From the NCBI RefSeq assembly GCF_054482525.1, contig NZ_CM137006.1: DNA of 64,000 nucleotides. The stretch is one strand, 5' to 3'. The notes below the pieces were generated by a model. That model was not told the DNA's origin, ran no database searches, and saw nothing but the letters and a program-made list of their open reading frames with translations. Shown in pieces: positions 12,817 to 25,075 of this stretch (the stretch's first letter is position 1; each line of letters opens with the position of its first letter). A program made the translations under genes and the position numbers.

Positions 12817-12960
12817 TGAAATGCATACTTAAGCATTTTTAATGAAAAATAATACGTCTAACGGGGCGGGATATTTTGCCTTGATGGTCAATTTTATGGC
12901 ACGATAAGTGTAACAAACCTGTAAATATTCCCTATAAAAAGACTGTCAGTTGAGGACATT

Positions 12961-13743
12961 ATGAAAAAACTGGTGCTATCGCTCTCTCTGGTTCTGGCCT
13001 TCTCCAGCGCAACTGCGGCGTTTGCTGCGATTCCGCAAAACATCCGCATCGGTACCGATCCGACCTATGCGCCATTTGAATCAAAAAATTCACAAGGTGA
13101 ACTGGTTGGCTTCGATATCGATCTGGCAAAGGAGTTGTGCAAACGCATCAATACGCAATGTACGTTTGTCGAAAACCCACTGGATGCGTTAATCCCGTCC
13201 TTAAAAGCGAAGAAGATTGACGCCATCATGTCATCGCTTTCCATTACGGAAAAACGTCAGCAAGAAATAGCCTTCACCGACAAACTGTACGCTGCCGATT
13301 CTCGTCTGGTGGTGGCGAAAAATTCCGACATTCAGCCGACAGTCGAGTCGCTGAAAGGCAAGCGGGTAGGCGTATTGCAGGGCACCACCCAGGAGACGTT
13401 CGGTAATGAACACTGGGCACCAAAAGGCATTGAAATCGTCTCGTATCAGGGGCAGGACAACATTTATTCTGACCTGACTGCCGGACGTATTGATGCCGCG
13501 TTCCAGGATGAGGTCGCTGCCAGCGAAGGTTTCCTCAAGCAGCCAGTCGGTAAAGATTACAAATTCGGTGGCCCGTCTGTTAAAGATGAAAAACTGTTTG
13601 GCGTAGGGACCGGCATGGGCCTGCGTAAAGAAGATAACGAACTGCGCGAGGCACTGAACAAAGCCTTTGCCGAAATGCGCGCTGACGGTACTTACGAGAA
13701 ATTAGCGAAAAAGTACTTCGATTTTGATGTTTATGGTGGTTAA
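12961..13743 (+). CDS. hisJ: Histidine-binding periplasmic protein
   Basis: 260 aa with signal peptide; high similarity to argT; first gene of hisJQMP. Confidence 0.95.
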   Translation: MKKLVLSLSLVLAFSSATAAFAAIPQNIRIGTDPTYAPFESKNSQGELVGFDIDLAKELCKRINTQCTFVENPLDALIPSLKAKKIDAIMSSLSITEKRQQEIAFTDKLYAADSRLVVAKNSDIQPTVESLKGKRVGVLQGTTQETFGNEHWAPKGIEIVSYQGQDNIYSDLTAGRIDAAFQDEVAASEGFLKQPVGKDYKFGGPSVKDEKLFGVGTGMGLRKEDNELREALNKAFAEMRADGTYEKLAKKYFDFDVYGG

Positions 13744-13832
13744 TCGCCATCGGTGAAAGAAAGCCCGCTCCCTTCGGGTAACCGGAGGGAGACAAGAGGC
13801 GGTAATTCACCACACACGACAGGACAGGCTGC

Positions 13833-14519
13833 ATGTTGTATGGGTTTTCAGGTGTTATTTTACAGGGTGCGCTCGTCACGCTGGAGCTGGCTATCAGCTC
13901 TGTAGTGCTCGCCGTAATCATCGGTTTAATTGGCGCTGGCGGTAAGCTCTCGCAAAATCGGCTTTCGGGCCTTATTTTCGAAGGCTACACCACGCTGATT
14001 CGTGGCGTGCCGGACTTGGTGTTGATGCTGCTGATTTTCTACGGTTTGCAGATTGCACTAAACACGGTGACGGAGGCGATGGGCGTCGGGCAGATTGATA
14101 TTGATCCGATGGTCGCAGGTATTATCACTCTCGGTTTTATCTACGGTGCTTACTTTACCGAAACGTTCCGTGGCGCGTTTATGGCTGTGCCGAAAGGACA
14201 TATAGAAGCGGCGACGGCGTTCGGTTTTACTCGTGGGCAAGTGTTTCGGCGGATCATGTTTCCGGCGATGATGCGTTACGCCCTGCCAGGCATTGGCAAC
14301 AACTGGCAGGTGATCCTTAAATCTACCGCACTGGTTTCGTTACTTGGCCTGGAAGATGTGGTCAAAGCCACGCAGCTGGCAGGCAAAAGTACCTGGGAAC
14401 CGTTCTATTTCGCCATCGTTTGTGGCGTGATTTACCTGGTTTTCACCACCGTTTCCAATGGTGTGCTGCTGTTCCTTGAGCGCCGCTACTCCGTGGGTGT
14501 GAAGAGGGCTGACCTGTGA
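13833..14519 (+). CDS. hisQ: Histidine ABC transporter permease HisQ
   Basis: 228 aa polytopic membrane ORF with ABC permease EAA-like loop. Confidence 0.95.
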   Translation: MLYGFSGVILQGALVTLELAISSVVLAVIIGLIGAGGKLSQNRLSGLIFEGYTTLIRGVPDLVLMLLIFYGLQIALNTVTEAMGVGQIDIDPMVAGIITLGFIYGAYFTETFRGAFMAVPKGHIEAATAFGFTRGQVFRRIMFPAMMRYALPGIGNNWQVILKSTALVSLLGLEDVVKATQLAGKSTWEPFYFAIVCGVIYLVFTTVSNGVLLFLERRYSVGVKRADL

Positions 14520-15232
14520 TCGAAATCTTACATGAATACTGGAAACCGCTGCTGTGGACTGACGGTTATCGCTTTACTGGCGTGGCGATCACCCTGTGGC
14601 TGCTGATTTTGTCGGTAGTGATAGGCGGAGTCCTGGCGCTGTTTCTGGCGATTGGTCGCGTCTCAAGTAATAAATACATCCAGTTTCCAATCTGGTTATT
14701 TACCTATATTTTTCGCGGTACGCCGCTGTATGTTCAGTTGCTGGTGTTCTATTCCGGCATGTACACGCTGGAAATTGTTAAGGGAACCGAGTTCCTTAAC
14801 GCCTTTTTTCGCAGTGGCCTGAACTGTACCGTGCTGGCGCTGACGCTCAACACCTGCGCTTACACTACCGAGATTTTTGCCGGGGCAATCCGTTCAGTGC
14901 CGCATGGGGAAATTGAAGCCGCCAGAGCCTATGGCTTCTCGACCTTTAAAATGTATCGCTGCATTATTTTGCCATCGGCGCTGCGTATTGCGTTACCGGC
15001 CTACAGCAACGAAGTGATCCTGATGCTGCACTCTACTGCGCTGGCGTTTACGGCCACTGTGCCGGATCTGCTGAAAATAGCCCGCGATATTAACGCCGCC
15101 ACGTATCAACCTTTTACCGCCTTCGGCATTGCCGCGGTGCTCTATTTAATCATCTCTTATGTCCTGATCAGCCTCTTTCGCAGAGCGGAAAAACGCTGGT
15201 TGCAGCATGTGAAACCGTCTTCAACGCACTGA
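14516..15232 (+). CDS. hisM: Histidine ABC transporter permease HisM
   Basis: 238 aa; start overlaps hisQ stop by 4 nt (translational coupling). Confidence 0.95.
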   Translation: MIEILHEYWKPLLWTDGYRFTGVAITLWLLILSVVIGGVLALFLAIGRVSSNKYIQFPIWLFTYIFRGTPLYVQLLVFYSGMYTLEIVKGTEFLNAFFRSGLNCTVLALTLNTCAYTTEIFAGAIRSVPHGEIEAARAYGFSTFKMYRCIILPSALRIALPAYSNEVILMLHSTALAFTATVPDLLKIARDINAATYQPFTAFGIAAVLYLIISYVLISLFRRAEKRWLQHVKPSSTH

Positions 15233-15239
15233 GAATACG

Positions 15240-16013
15240 ATGTCCGAGAATAAATTAAACGTTATCGATTTGCACAAACGCTACGGCGAACACGAAGTGC
15301 TGAAAGGGGTCTCACTGCAAGCGAATGCCGGAGATGTCATAAGCATCATCGGATCGTCGGGATCGGGGAAAAGTACCTTTCTGCGCTGCATTAACTTCCT
15401 CGAAAAACCGAGTGAAGGATCGATCGTGGTCAATGGCCAGACGATCAATCTGGTGCGCGACAAAGACGGTCAACTCAAAGTCGCCGATAAAAATCAGCTG
15501 CGCTTACTGCGCACACGCCTGACGATGGTATTCCAGCACTTCAATCTCTGGAGCCATATGACGGTGCTGGAAAACGTCATGGAAGCGCCGATTCAGGTGT
15601 TGGGCCTGAGCAAGCAGGAAGCGCGCGAGCGGGCGGTGAAGTATCTGGCAAAAGTTGGGATAGACGAACGTGCGCAGGGTAAATATCCGGTGCATCTTTC
15701 CGGCGGTCAACAACAGCGTGTTTCTATCGCGCGGGCGCTGGCGATGGAACCGGAAGTTTTACTGTTTGATGAACCTACCTCGGCGCTCGATCCTGAACTG
15801 GTAGGCGAAGTGTTGCGTATTATGCAGCAACTGGCAGAAGAGGGGAAAACCATGGTGGTAGTGACTCACGAAATGGGCTTTGCTCGCCATGTTTCTACTC
15901 ACGTCATTTTCCTCCATCAGGGGAAAATAGAAGAAGAGGGCGCGCCAGAACAGTTATTCGGTAACCCGCAAAGTCCTCGTCTGCAACAGTTCCTTAAAGG
16001 TTCGCTGAAATAA
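15240..16013 (+). CDS. hisP: Histidine ABC transporter ATP-binding protein HisP
   Basis: 257 aa; Walker [13 protein letters not shown] signature LSGGQQQR, Walker [12 protein letters not shown]. Confidence 0.97.
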   Translation: MSENKLNVIDLHKRYGEHEVLKGVSLQANAGDVISIIGSSGSGKSTFLRCINFLEKPSEGSIVVNGQTINLVRDKDGQLKVADKNQLRLLRTRLTMVFQHFNLWSHMTVLENVMEAPIQVLGLSKQEARERAVKYLAKVGIDERAQGKYPVHLSGGQQQRVSIARALAMEPEVLLFDEPTSALDPELVGEVLRIMQQLAEEGKTMVVVTHEMGFARHVSTHVIFLHQGKIEEEGAPEQLFGNPQSPRLQQFLKGSLK

Positions 16014-16208
16014 TTTCCTCTCCGGTGGCTAACGCTGCCGGAGTATTTCATGGGGAATTTGCGAGTCCGCTTCCGCTGAAATGTAAAAGTTGCAGTCCGC
16101 TAAAAATACTTCTGAATTCGCTGTCCAAAGATAAAAACTGCCTGCTGCATTGGGTGTTAATCGTGGTTATTGTCGCGTCATCTTAAATTTGAGGGGTGAC
16201 GGAACGCC

Positions 16209-17099
16209 ATGACAATATCGACAACTTCCACGCCGCATGATGCGGTATTTAAATCTTTTTTACGCCATCCAGACACCGCGCGGGATTTTATTGATATTCA
16301 TCTTCCCGCGCCGCTGCGCAAACTGTGTGATTTAACAACGCTTAAACTGGAACCAAACAGTTTTATTGATGAAGACCTGCGGCAATATTATTCCGACCTC
16401 TTGTGGTCTGTGAAAACGCAGGAGGGAGCGGGTTATATTTATGTAGTGATAGAGCACCAAAGTAAGCCGGAAGAATTAATGGCTTTTCGCATGATGCGCT
16501 ATTCCATTGCGGCGATGCAAAACCATCTTGATGCAGGCTATAAAGAGCTTCCATTGGTGATCCCGATGCTGTTTTATCATGGTTGCAGAAGTCCTTATCC
16601 TTATTCACTCTGCTGGCTTGATGAATTTGCCGAGCCTGCGATTGCCCGCAAAATTTATTCATCGGCTTTTCCGCTGGTGGATATTACCGTGGTGCCGGAT
16701 GACGAGATTATGCAACATCGCAAAATGGCGCTGTTGGAGTTAATTCAGAAACATATTCGTCAGCGCGATCTGTTGGGATTAGTCGACCAAATTGTTTCGC
16801 TGCTAGTTACAGGGAACACTAATGACAGACAGCTAAAAGCCCTGTTTAATTACGTATTACAAACGGGGGATGCCCAGCGTTTCCGTGCATTTATTGGTGA
16901 GATAGCGGAACGCGCACCACAAGAAAAGGAGAAACTGATGACCATTGCTGACAGATTACGTGAAGAAGGCGCAATGCAGGGCAAACACGAAGAAGCTCTG
17001 CGTATTGCTCAGGAGATGCTGGAAAAAGGATTTGACCACGAAGTCATCCTGACGCTGACCCGACTTTCACCAGACGATCTTATCGCGCAAAGCCACTAA
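16209..17099 (+). CDS. rpnB: Recombination-promoting nuclease RpnB (YfcI; Rpn/YhgA-like, transposase_31 / PD-(D/E)XK family)
   Basis: 296 aa; [18 protein letters not shown]... typical N-terminus of the Rpn family; K-12 position between hisP and yfcH. Confidence 0.85.
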   Translation: MTISTTSTPHDAVFKSFLRHPDTARDFIDIHLPAPLRKLCDLTTLKLEPNSFIDEDLRQYYSDLLWSVKTQEGAGYIYVVIEHQSKPEELMAFRMMRYSIAAMQNHLDAGYKELPLVIPMLFYHGCRSPYPYSLCWLDEFAEPAIARKIYSSAFPLVDITVVPDDEIMQHRKMALLELIQKHIRQRDLLGLVDQIVSLLVTGNTNDRQLKALFNYVLQTGDAQRFRAFIGEIAERAPQEKEKLMTIADRLREEGAMQGKHEEALRIAQEMLEKGFDHEVILTLTRLSPDDLIAQSH

Positions 17100-17146
17100 C
17101 CCTGTAACACCGGGAGTTAACTGGCGGATGTTTGTAGTAAACCACA

Positions 17147-18040
17147 TCAGCGAACGACATCCGCCAGCGCCTCTTCTAAATCGTACCAGCGAAACGCAAA
17201 ACCCGCTTCTTCCAGCCGTTTAGGCAGCGCGCGTTGTCCACCTAATACCAGTACTGAAGATTCGCCCATTAACAGTCGAATGGCGGTCGCGGGGACGCGC
17301 AAAATGGCCGGGCGATGCAGCGCATGACCGAGCGCATGGGCAAATTGTTCATTGCGTACCGGGTAGGGCGAAACCATATTAAATGGTCCACGCAGCTCGT
17401 TATCCAGCAGCCAGAGAATGCCGTTGACCATATCATCAATATGAATCCAGGCCAGATACTGCCGACCGGAGCCAATCGGCCCGCCCAGACCAAGACGAAA
17501 CGGCGGCAGCATTTTACCGAGAATACCGCCATCCGGTGCCAGCACTACACCGGTACGCAGCAGGCACACTCGCGTTTTGTCACTTTGCGCCCGGCAGGCA
17601 ATTTCTTCCCAGCGGGCGCAGAGTTTATGGGTAAATTCGCTATGCGGCGGTTCCTCTTCGGTAACCACCACTTCACCTAAGTCGCCATAATAGCCCGTTG
17701 CCGAGCCGGAAATGAGTACCGACGGTGGCGTGTCGCTGGCATTAATCAAATCGACCAGTTTTTGCGTGATATTCCAGCGGCTTTGGCAGAGACGCTCTTT
17801 TTGCTCGTGAGTCCAGCGTTTATCAGCAATCGGTTCTCCGGCGAGGTTAATTACCGCATCAACGCTGTTGAGGTTGCTTTGATCGGCAAGCCCTTGCCAT
17901 AGCGTCACCTGCGGCCCGAGCACGGAACTGGCTTTCTGCGGGTTACGCGTCACTACCGTGATTGTATGGCCCAGATCCAGCAAACGCGGAATCAAATGGC
18001 GACCAATTAATCCCGTCCCTCCGGTGATCACTATGTTCAT
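17147..18040 (-). CDS. yfcH: Epimerase-family protein YfcH (NAD(P)-binding Rossmann fold)
   Basis: 297 aa; N-terminal [12 protein letters not shown] dinucleotide-binding motif. Confidence 0.88.
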   Translation of the reverse strand: MNIVITGGTGLIGRHLIPRLLDLGHTITVVTRNPQKASSVLGPQVTLWQGLADQSNLNSVDAVINLAGEPIADKRWTHEQKERLCQSRWNITQKLVDLINASDTPPSVLISGSATGYYGDLGEVVVTEEEPPHSEFTHKLCARWEEIACRAQSDKTRVCLLRTGVVLAPDGGILGKMLPPFRLGLGGPIGSGRQYLAWIHIDDMVNGILWLLDNELRGPFNMVSPYPVRNEQFAHALGHALHRPAILRVPATAIRLLMGESSVLVLGGQRALPKRLEEAGFAFRWYDLEEALADVVR

Positions 18041-18060
18041 GCAGCCTCCCGATATGGCGG

Positions 18061-18423
18061 TTAACGCTGCCAGCTTAAGGTCATGGATACCGAATCAGCG
18101 TAGCGCAGCGCGTGCAGTTTATCGATCTCCACTTCAGCATACGTCACCCAGTGATGTTCACGTGCGATATCGAGCACATCCTGAGTTAATTTTTCCAGCA
18201 AAGAGAAACGGTTATTCTCTACATGCTGAATAATGTTTTTCGTTACGGTGCGATAATTCAGCGCATCGTTGATATCTTCGCTGGTGCGCGCTTTATCGGC
18301 GGGATAGTGGATAGTCACATTGATAACAATATCCTGACGGTTGTTAATTTCTTCTTCCTTAATTCCGATAAACGTACGCAAACGAAGGTTCTTTATACGA
18401 ATAATAGCGGCAGGTTGTGCCAT
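18061..18423 (-). CDS. folX: Dihydroneopterin triphosphate 2'-epimerase
   Basis: 120 aa; recognised FolX sequence ([25 protein letters not shown]). Confidence 0.92.
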
Positions 18424-18479
18424 TGCAGGTTCTCCGTTGTTTTACTTAGGATGAAATAATACACGAGAACCTGTTTCTG

Positions 18480-19956
<1,477 letters not shown>

Positions 19957-19959
19957 TGA

Positions 19960-20514
19960 GTGATGAAACTGATGTTTGCATCGGACATTCATGGGTCGTT
20001 ACCGGCGACGGAACGTGTTCTGGAGTTGTTTGCCCAAAGCGGTGCCCAGTGGCTGGTGATCCTTGGCGACGTGTTGAATCACGGCCCGCGTAATGCTTTA
20101 CCGGAGGGTTACGCGCCAGCCAAAGTCGCTGAACGGCTTAATGAAGTGGCACATAAGGTTATCGCTGTGCGCGGCAACTGCGACAGCGAAGTGGATCAAA
20201 TGCTGCTGCATTTCCCGATAACCGCGCCGTGGCAACAGGTATTACTGGAAAAACAACGTCTGTTTTTGACGCATGGTCATCTTTTTGGCCCGGAAAACCT
20301 ACCTGCTTTAAACCAGAACGATGTGCTGGTGTACGGTCATACCCATCTGCCAGTGGCAGAACAGCGGGGGGAGATTTTCCACTTCAACCCCGGCTCGGTG
20401 AGTATTCCTAAAGGCGGTCATCCGGCGAGTTATGGCATGCTGGATAATGACGTACTTAGTGTAATCGCACTCAATGATCAAAGTATCATTGCGCAGGTCG
20501 CGATTAATCCGTAA
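19960..20514 (+). CDS. yfcE: Mn-dependent phosphodiesterase YfcE (calcineurin-like metallophosphoesterase)
   Basis: 184 aa; metallophosphatase motifs (DIHGS, GDVLNHG, GNCD, GHTH). Confidence 0.9.
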   Translation: MMKLMFASDIHGSLPATERVLELFAQSGAQWLVILGDVLNHGPRNALPEGYAPAKVAERLNEVAHKVIAVRGNCDSEVDQMLLHFPITAPWQQVLLEKQRLFLTHGHLFGPENLPALNQNDVLVYGHTHLPVAEQRGEIFHFNPGSVSIPKGGHPASYGMLDNDVLSVIALNDQSIIAQVAINP

Positions 20515-20571
20515 TTTACCCACAACTCAAAATGCGCCGTAAGAGCGCCAGAAAAAGAAGGTTTCCTGATA

Positions 20572-21114
20572 ATGGAACAGCGTCGTTTGGCAAGTACTGA
20601 ATGGGTGGATATTGTCAATGAAGAGAACGAAGTCATTGCACAAGCCAGCCGGGAACAAATGCGGGCACAGTGTCTGCGTCATCGTGCAACTTACATCGTC
20701 GTGCATGATGGCATGGGCAAAATTCTGGTCCAGCGTCGTACCGAGACAAAAGACTTTTTACCCGGCATGTTAGATGCGACCGCAGGCGGTGTAGTCCAGG
20801 CCGATGAGCAACTGCTGGAATCCGCGCGTCGCGAAGCGGAAGAAGAGTTGGGCATTGCCGGTGTCCCCTTTGCCGAGCACGGGCAGTTCTATTTCGAAGA
20901 TAAAAATTGCCGTGTCTGGGGCGCGTTGTTCAGTTGCGTCTCTCACGGTCCCTTCGCCCTACAGGAAGATGAAGTCAGTGAAGTTTGCTGGCTGACGCCG
21001 GAAGAAATCACCGCACGCTGCGATGAGTTCACTCCAGACTCGCTGAAAGCGCTGGCGTTGTGGATGAAGCGCAATGCCAAAAATGAAGCCGTAGAGACTG
21101 AAACGGCAGAATGA
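20572..21114 (+). CDS. yfcD: Nudix hydrolase YfcD
   Basis: 180 aa; Nudix box ([23 protein letters not shown]). Confidence 0.88.
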
Positions 21115-21148
21115 AAAAAGAGCCGCAATTGCGGCTCTTAACATTTTT
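21113..21148. terminator. Bidirectional intrinsic terminator between convergent yfcD and yfcC
   Basis: Perfect palindrome AGAGCCGC-AATT-GCGGCTCT flanked by A6 on the left and a T-rich tract on the right; canonical hairpin+U-run when read on the minus strand for yfcC. Confidence 0.7.
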
Positions 21149-22667
21149 AGTGGTAGCCCATCAACTGAGCGCCGATCACCACGACGCTGGACATAATAAA
21201 CAGCAGTCCAAGCAGTGTCGCGCCCACCTTCAGCCAGTTACGGAAGTCCACCCGGCAAACACCTAGCGTTGCCATTAACGAAGCTGAGGTCGGGTAAATG
21301 ATGTGGCTGAAGCCATCACCAAACTGGAACGCCAGCACGGTAACCTGACGGTTAACACCGACCAGATCGCCAAGCGGTGCCAGTAACGGCATGGTTAACG
21401 CCGCCTGACCAGAACCGGACGTCACGAAGAAATTAAATACCGCCTGGAAGAGCAACATAAACCAGGCCGCGACCGCATTGTCCAGACCGCTAATGGCATT
21501 GGCAATGCTGTTGAGGATGGTATTTAACACGCTGGCATCACCCGCTTCACCATTACCGACCAGCAGCAAAATCCCTTTGGCGAAACCTACCAGCAGGGCA
21601 GGGGCGATCATCATTCGCGCCCCTTCGGTGAAGGATGAAGCCATGGTATTAACCGTCATGCCGTTAAGGCGGAAAACAACGCCGATGATGCCAATCACCA
21701 GACCCATGGTGAAGAACTGGCTGGCAATTTCTGGAATAAACCAGGCATTAACGATCACGCCCCAAATCACCCAGACCATTACGGCGGTCAGGACAATCAA
21801 TACCAGCCAGTCACCAAAGGTAAACGGACGTTGTTCAACATCCGCCTGCTTTTCACGAAAGAAGCGGTCGGACTCATGCACGCGTGACAGAAGAGGATTC
21901 TTTTTCACACGTGAGGCGTACACCATGGTAAAGATCAGGCCAATCAGAGTGGCGATAACCCATACCACGATGCGCAACCCGGAGCCAGAAAGTACCGGAA
22001 CGCCGGCAATCCCCTGAGCAACGACCACACAAAACGGGTTCATCCACGAACTGGCAAAACCGATTTGCGTGGCGATATAGGTCACCAGGACGGTGGTAAT
22101 ACTGTCATAGCCTAGCCGGACCATTAGCGGTGCGATGATAATGGCAAAGGCGACGGCCTCTTCTCCCATACCAAATACCGCGCCGCCAAGTGAAAACAGA
22201 ATAAAGAGCGCAGGAATAAAGAGAATTTCATTTCCGCGGGTATGGCGAATAAGCGCCAGGATACCGTTATCAATGGTTCCTGTACGCATCACAATGCCAA
22301 ACGCGCCGCCAATCACCAGCATAAACATGATGATGCCAACGGCTGTCCCGTATTTCGATCCTGAGGTTAACCCTTCAAACGGGAAGTTCATCAGGCCCGG
22401 GCGTTCATCGCCCGTCGTGAACAGCTGTACGCGGTGATACTCAGGTTCGCCTGCTTCGTTAGTCAGAATGCGAAAAGAGTGTGGATCTACGACTTTGCGA
22501 GTTTTTGTTTGACCATCAACCTGATACTGCACTTCCTGACTGTCAAACATGCCCACCGGAACTACCCAGGTGGCAAGACTGGTTAAAATGGCAACAAAAA
22601 AGATAATCACCAACGTATCGGGCATTGCCCATCTTCTGGTTGGTTTGGATTCAGTGATTGCGGACAT
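21147..22667 (-). CDS. yfcC: Putative inner membrane transporter YfcC (C4-dicarboxylate anaerobic carrier-like)
   Basis: 506 aa from ATG at 22667 (MSAITESKPTRRW...); track ORF starts 7 codons upstream at a GTG; highly hydrophobic. Confidence 0.88.
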   Translation of the reverse strand: MSAITESKPTRRWAMPDTLVIIFFVAILTSLATWVVPVGMFDSQEVQYQVDGQTKTRKVVDPHSFRILTNEAGEPEYHRVQLFTTGDERPGLMNFPFEGLTSGSKYGTAVGIIMFMLVIGGAFGIVMRTGTIDNGILALIRHTRGNEILFIPALFILFSLGGAVFGMGEEAVAFAIIIAPLMVRLGYDSITTVLVTYIATQIGFASSWMNPFCVVVAQGIAGVPVLSGSGLRIVVWVIATLIGLIFTMVYASRVKKNPLLSRVHESDRFFREKQADVEQRPFTFGDWLVLIVLTAVMVWVIWGVIVNAWFIPEIASQFFTMGLVIGIIGVVFRLNGMTVNTMASSFTEGARMMIAPALLVGFAKGILLLVGNGEAGDASVLNTILNSIANAISGLDNAVAAWFMLLFQAVFNFFVTSGSGQAALTMPLLAPLGDLVGVNRQVTVLAFQFGDGFSHIIYPTSASLMATLGVCRVDFRNWLKVGATLLGLLFIMSSVVVIGAQLMGYH

Positions 22668-22787
22668 AGCGCAAATATTCCCTTGCACAAAACAAAGTGG
22701 TAAGTATGCAAAGTGAGATGGCGCAATTCATTGATGCAGCGCAGTTAAGCAAGATAATCAGAAAGGATTAATGCAAATTAAGAGAAT

Positions 22788-22816
22788 AAAAAACCGGAAA
22801 TAGTGACTATTTCCGG
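22788..22816 (-). terminator. Intrinsic terminator of pta (ackA-pta operon)
   Basis: Minus-strand hairpin CCGGAAATAG-TCA-CTATTTCCGG followed by U6 (plus-strand A6 at 22788-22793); a second 7-bp hairpin sits at 22826-22844 just after the pta stop. Confidence 0.75.
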
Positions 22817-22856
22817 TTCAGATATCCGCAGCGCAAAGCTGCGGATGATGACGAGA

Positions 22857-25001
22857 TTACTGCTGCTGTGCAGACTGAATCGCAGTCAGCGCGATGGTGT
22901 AGACGATATCGTCAACCAGTGCGCCACGGGACAGGTCGTTAACCGGCTTGCGCATACCCTGCAGCATCGGCCCGATGGAGATCAGGTCGGCAGAACGCTG
23001 TACCGCTTTGTAGGTGGTGTTACCGGTGTTCAGATCTGGGAAGATGAACACGGTAGCGCGACCTGCAACCGGAGAGTTCGGCGCTTTGGATTTCGCAACG
23101 TCAGCCATTACCGCAGCGTCGTACTGCAGCGGACCGTCGATCATCAGGTCAGGACGTTTTTCCTGCGCCAGACGAGTTGCTTCGCGAACTTTTTCTACGT
23201 CGCTACCAGCACCAGAAGTCCCGGTGGAGTATGAGAGCATAGCAACGCGCGGTTCGATACCGAAGGCCGCAGCGGAATCAGCGGACTGAATCGCGATTTC
23301 TGCCAGCTGTTCTGCGGTCGGATCCGGGTTGATCGCACAGTCACCGTAAACGTAAACCTGTTCCGGCAGCAGCATGAAGAACACGGAAGATACCAGGGAG
23401 CTGCCCGGTGCAGTTTTGATCAGCTGCAGCGGCGGACGGATGGTGTTTGCGGTGGTGTGAACAGCACCGGAAACCAGACCATCAACTTCATCCTGTTCCA
23501 GCATCAGCGTACCGAGAACCACGTTGTCTTCCAGCTGTTCGCGGGCAACGGTTTCGGTCATGCCTTTGTTCTTACGCAGTTCGACCAGACGACCAACATA
23601 GCTTTCGCGAACCACTTCTGGATCAACGATTTCAATGCCTGCACCCAGTTCTACACCCTGAGACGCTGCAACACGGTTGATCTCTGCCGGATTACCCAGC
23701 AGTACGCAAGTTGCGATACCACGTTCAGCACAGATAGCGGCTGCTTTAACGGTACGCGGTTCGTCACCTTCCGGCAGAACGATACGTTTGCCCGCTTTGC
23801 GCGCAAGTTCAGTCAGCTGATAACGGAACGCTGGCGGAGACAGACGACGGCTGCGCTCAGAAGTGGCAGTCAGAGAATCGATCCAGTCAGCGTTGATGTA
23901 GTTAGCAACGTATTCCTGAACTTTCTCGATACGCTCGTGATCGTCAACCGGAACTTCCAGGTTGAAGCTCTGCAGGCTCAGAGAAGTCTGCCAGGTGTTG
24001 GTGTTCACCATAAATACCGGCAGGCCGGTAGCGAAAGCACGTTCGCACAGTTTAGAAATGCGCGCGTCCATTTCGTAGCCGCCAGTCAGCAGCAGGGCAC
24101 CGATTTCTACGCCGTTCATGGCAGCCAGGCACGCGGCAACCAGCACGTCAGGACGGTCTGCGGAAGTCACCAGCAGAGAACCGGCACGGAAGTGCTCCAG
24201 CATGTGTGGAATGCTGCGTGCGCAGAAAGTGACGGATTTAACGCGGCGAGTATTGATGTCGCCTTCGTTGATGATGGTCGCATTCAGGTGGCGAGCCATA
24301 TCGATCGCACGAGTCGCGATCAGGTCAAAGCTCCACGGCACCGCGCCGAGAACCGGCAGTGGGCTGGATTCTTGCAGCTTCGCCGGATCAACATTGTTTA
24401 CTTTAGCTTTGGAAGAGTCGTCGAAAATCTCGGACAGATCCGGGCGAGTACGGCCCTGTTCATCAACCGGTGCATTCAGTTTGTTAACGATAACGCCGGT
24501 GATGTTGGTGTTTTTGGCACCGCCGAAGCTGTTGCGGGTCAGTTCGATACGCTCTTTCAGCTGTTCCGGGGTGTCAGTGCCCTGAGACATAACGAAGACG
24601 ATTTCCGCATTCAGCGTTTTAGCGATTTCGTAGTTCAGAGACTGGGCAAACTGGTGCTTACGTGTCGGGACCAGACCTTCAACCAGAACGACTTCAGCGT
24701 CTTTGGTGTTAGCGTGGTAGTTTGCGACGATCTCTTCCATCAGCACATCTTTCTGATTGCTGGAAAGCAGACCTTCAACGTAGCTCATTTTCAGCGGTTC
24801 AGCGGCCGTCGTGGTGGAAGAGTTCGCACGCACGATAGTCGTAGTCTGATCGGGCGCATCGCCACCGGTACGCGGCTGAGCGATAGGTTTGAAAACGCTC
24901 AGACGAACGCCTTTGCGTTCCATTGCACGGATCACGCCAAGGCTGACGCTGGTCAGACCGACGCTGGTTCCGGTAGGGATCAGCATAATAATACGGGACA
25001 C
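22857..25001 (-). CDS. pta: Phosphate acetyltransferase
   Basis: 714 aa; recognised Pta ([32 protein letters not shown]...); downstream of ackA on the same strand. Confidence 0.97.
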   Translation of the reverse strand: MSRIIMLIPTGTSVGLTSVSLGVIRAMERKGVRLSVFKPIAQPRTGGDAPDQTTTIVRANSSTTTAAEPLKMSYVEGLLSSNQKDVLMEEIVANYHANTKDAEVVLVEGLVPTRKHQFAQSLNYEIAKTLNAEIVFVMSQGTDTPEQLKERIELTRNSFGGAKNTNITGVIVNKLNAPVDEQGRTRPDLSEIFDDSSKAKVNNVDPAKLQESSPLPVLGAVPWSFDLIATRAIDMARHLNATIINEGDINTRRVKSVTFCARSIPHMLEHFRAGSLLVTSADRPDVLVAACLAAMNGVEIGALLLTGGYEMDARISKLCERAFATGLPVFMVNTNTWQTSLSLQSFNLEVPVDDHERIEKVQEYVANYINADWIDSLTATSERSRRLSPPAFRYQLTELARKAGKRIVLPEGDEPRTVKAAAICAERGIATCVLLGNPAEINRVAASQGVELGAGIEIVDPEVVRESYVGRLVELRKNKGMTETVAREQLEDNVVLGTLMLEQDEVDGLVSGAVHTTANTIRPPLQLIKTAPGSSLVSSVFFMLLPEQVYVYGDCAINPDPTAEQLAEIAIQSADSAAAFGIEPRVAMLSYSTGTSGAGSDVEKVREATRLAQEKRPDLMIDGPLQYDAAVMADVAKSKAPNSPVAGRATVFIFPDLNTGNTTYKAVQRSADLISIGPMLQGMRKPVNDLSRGALVDDIVYTIALTAIQSAQQQ

Positions 25002-25075
25002 GGTTTATCCTCTTTCGTTACCGCCGATTTGGCGGGTTACAAAACAGCACCGCCAGCTTAGCTGGCGGTGTGAAA

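Noticed and set aside
23457-25061. 534-aa plus-strand ORF covering most of pta
   Set aside because: Antisense to a clearly recognisable, full-length pta; the translation is low-complexity and domain-free. Long antisense ORFs are an expected by-product of stop-codon-poor reverse frames in highly expressed, GC-biased genes.
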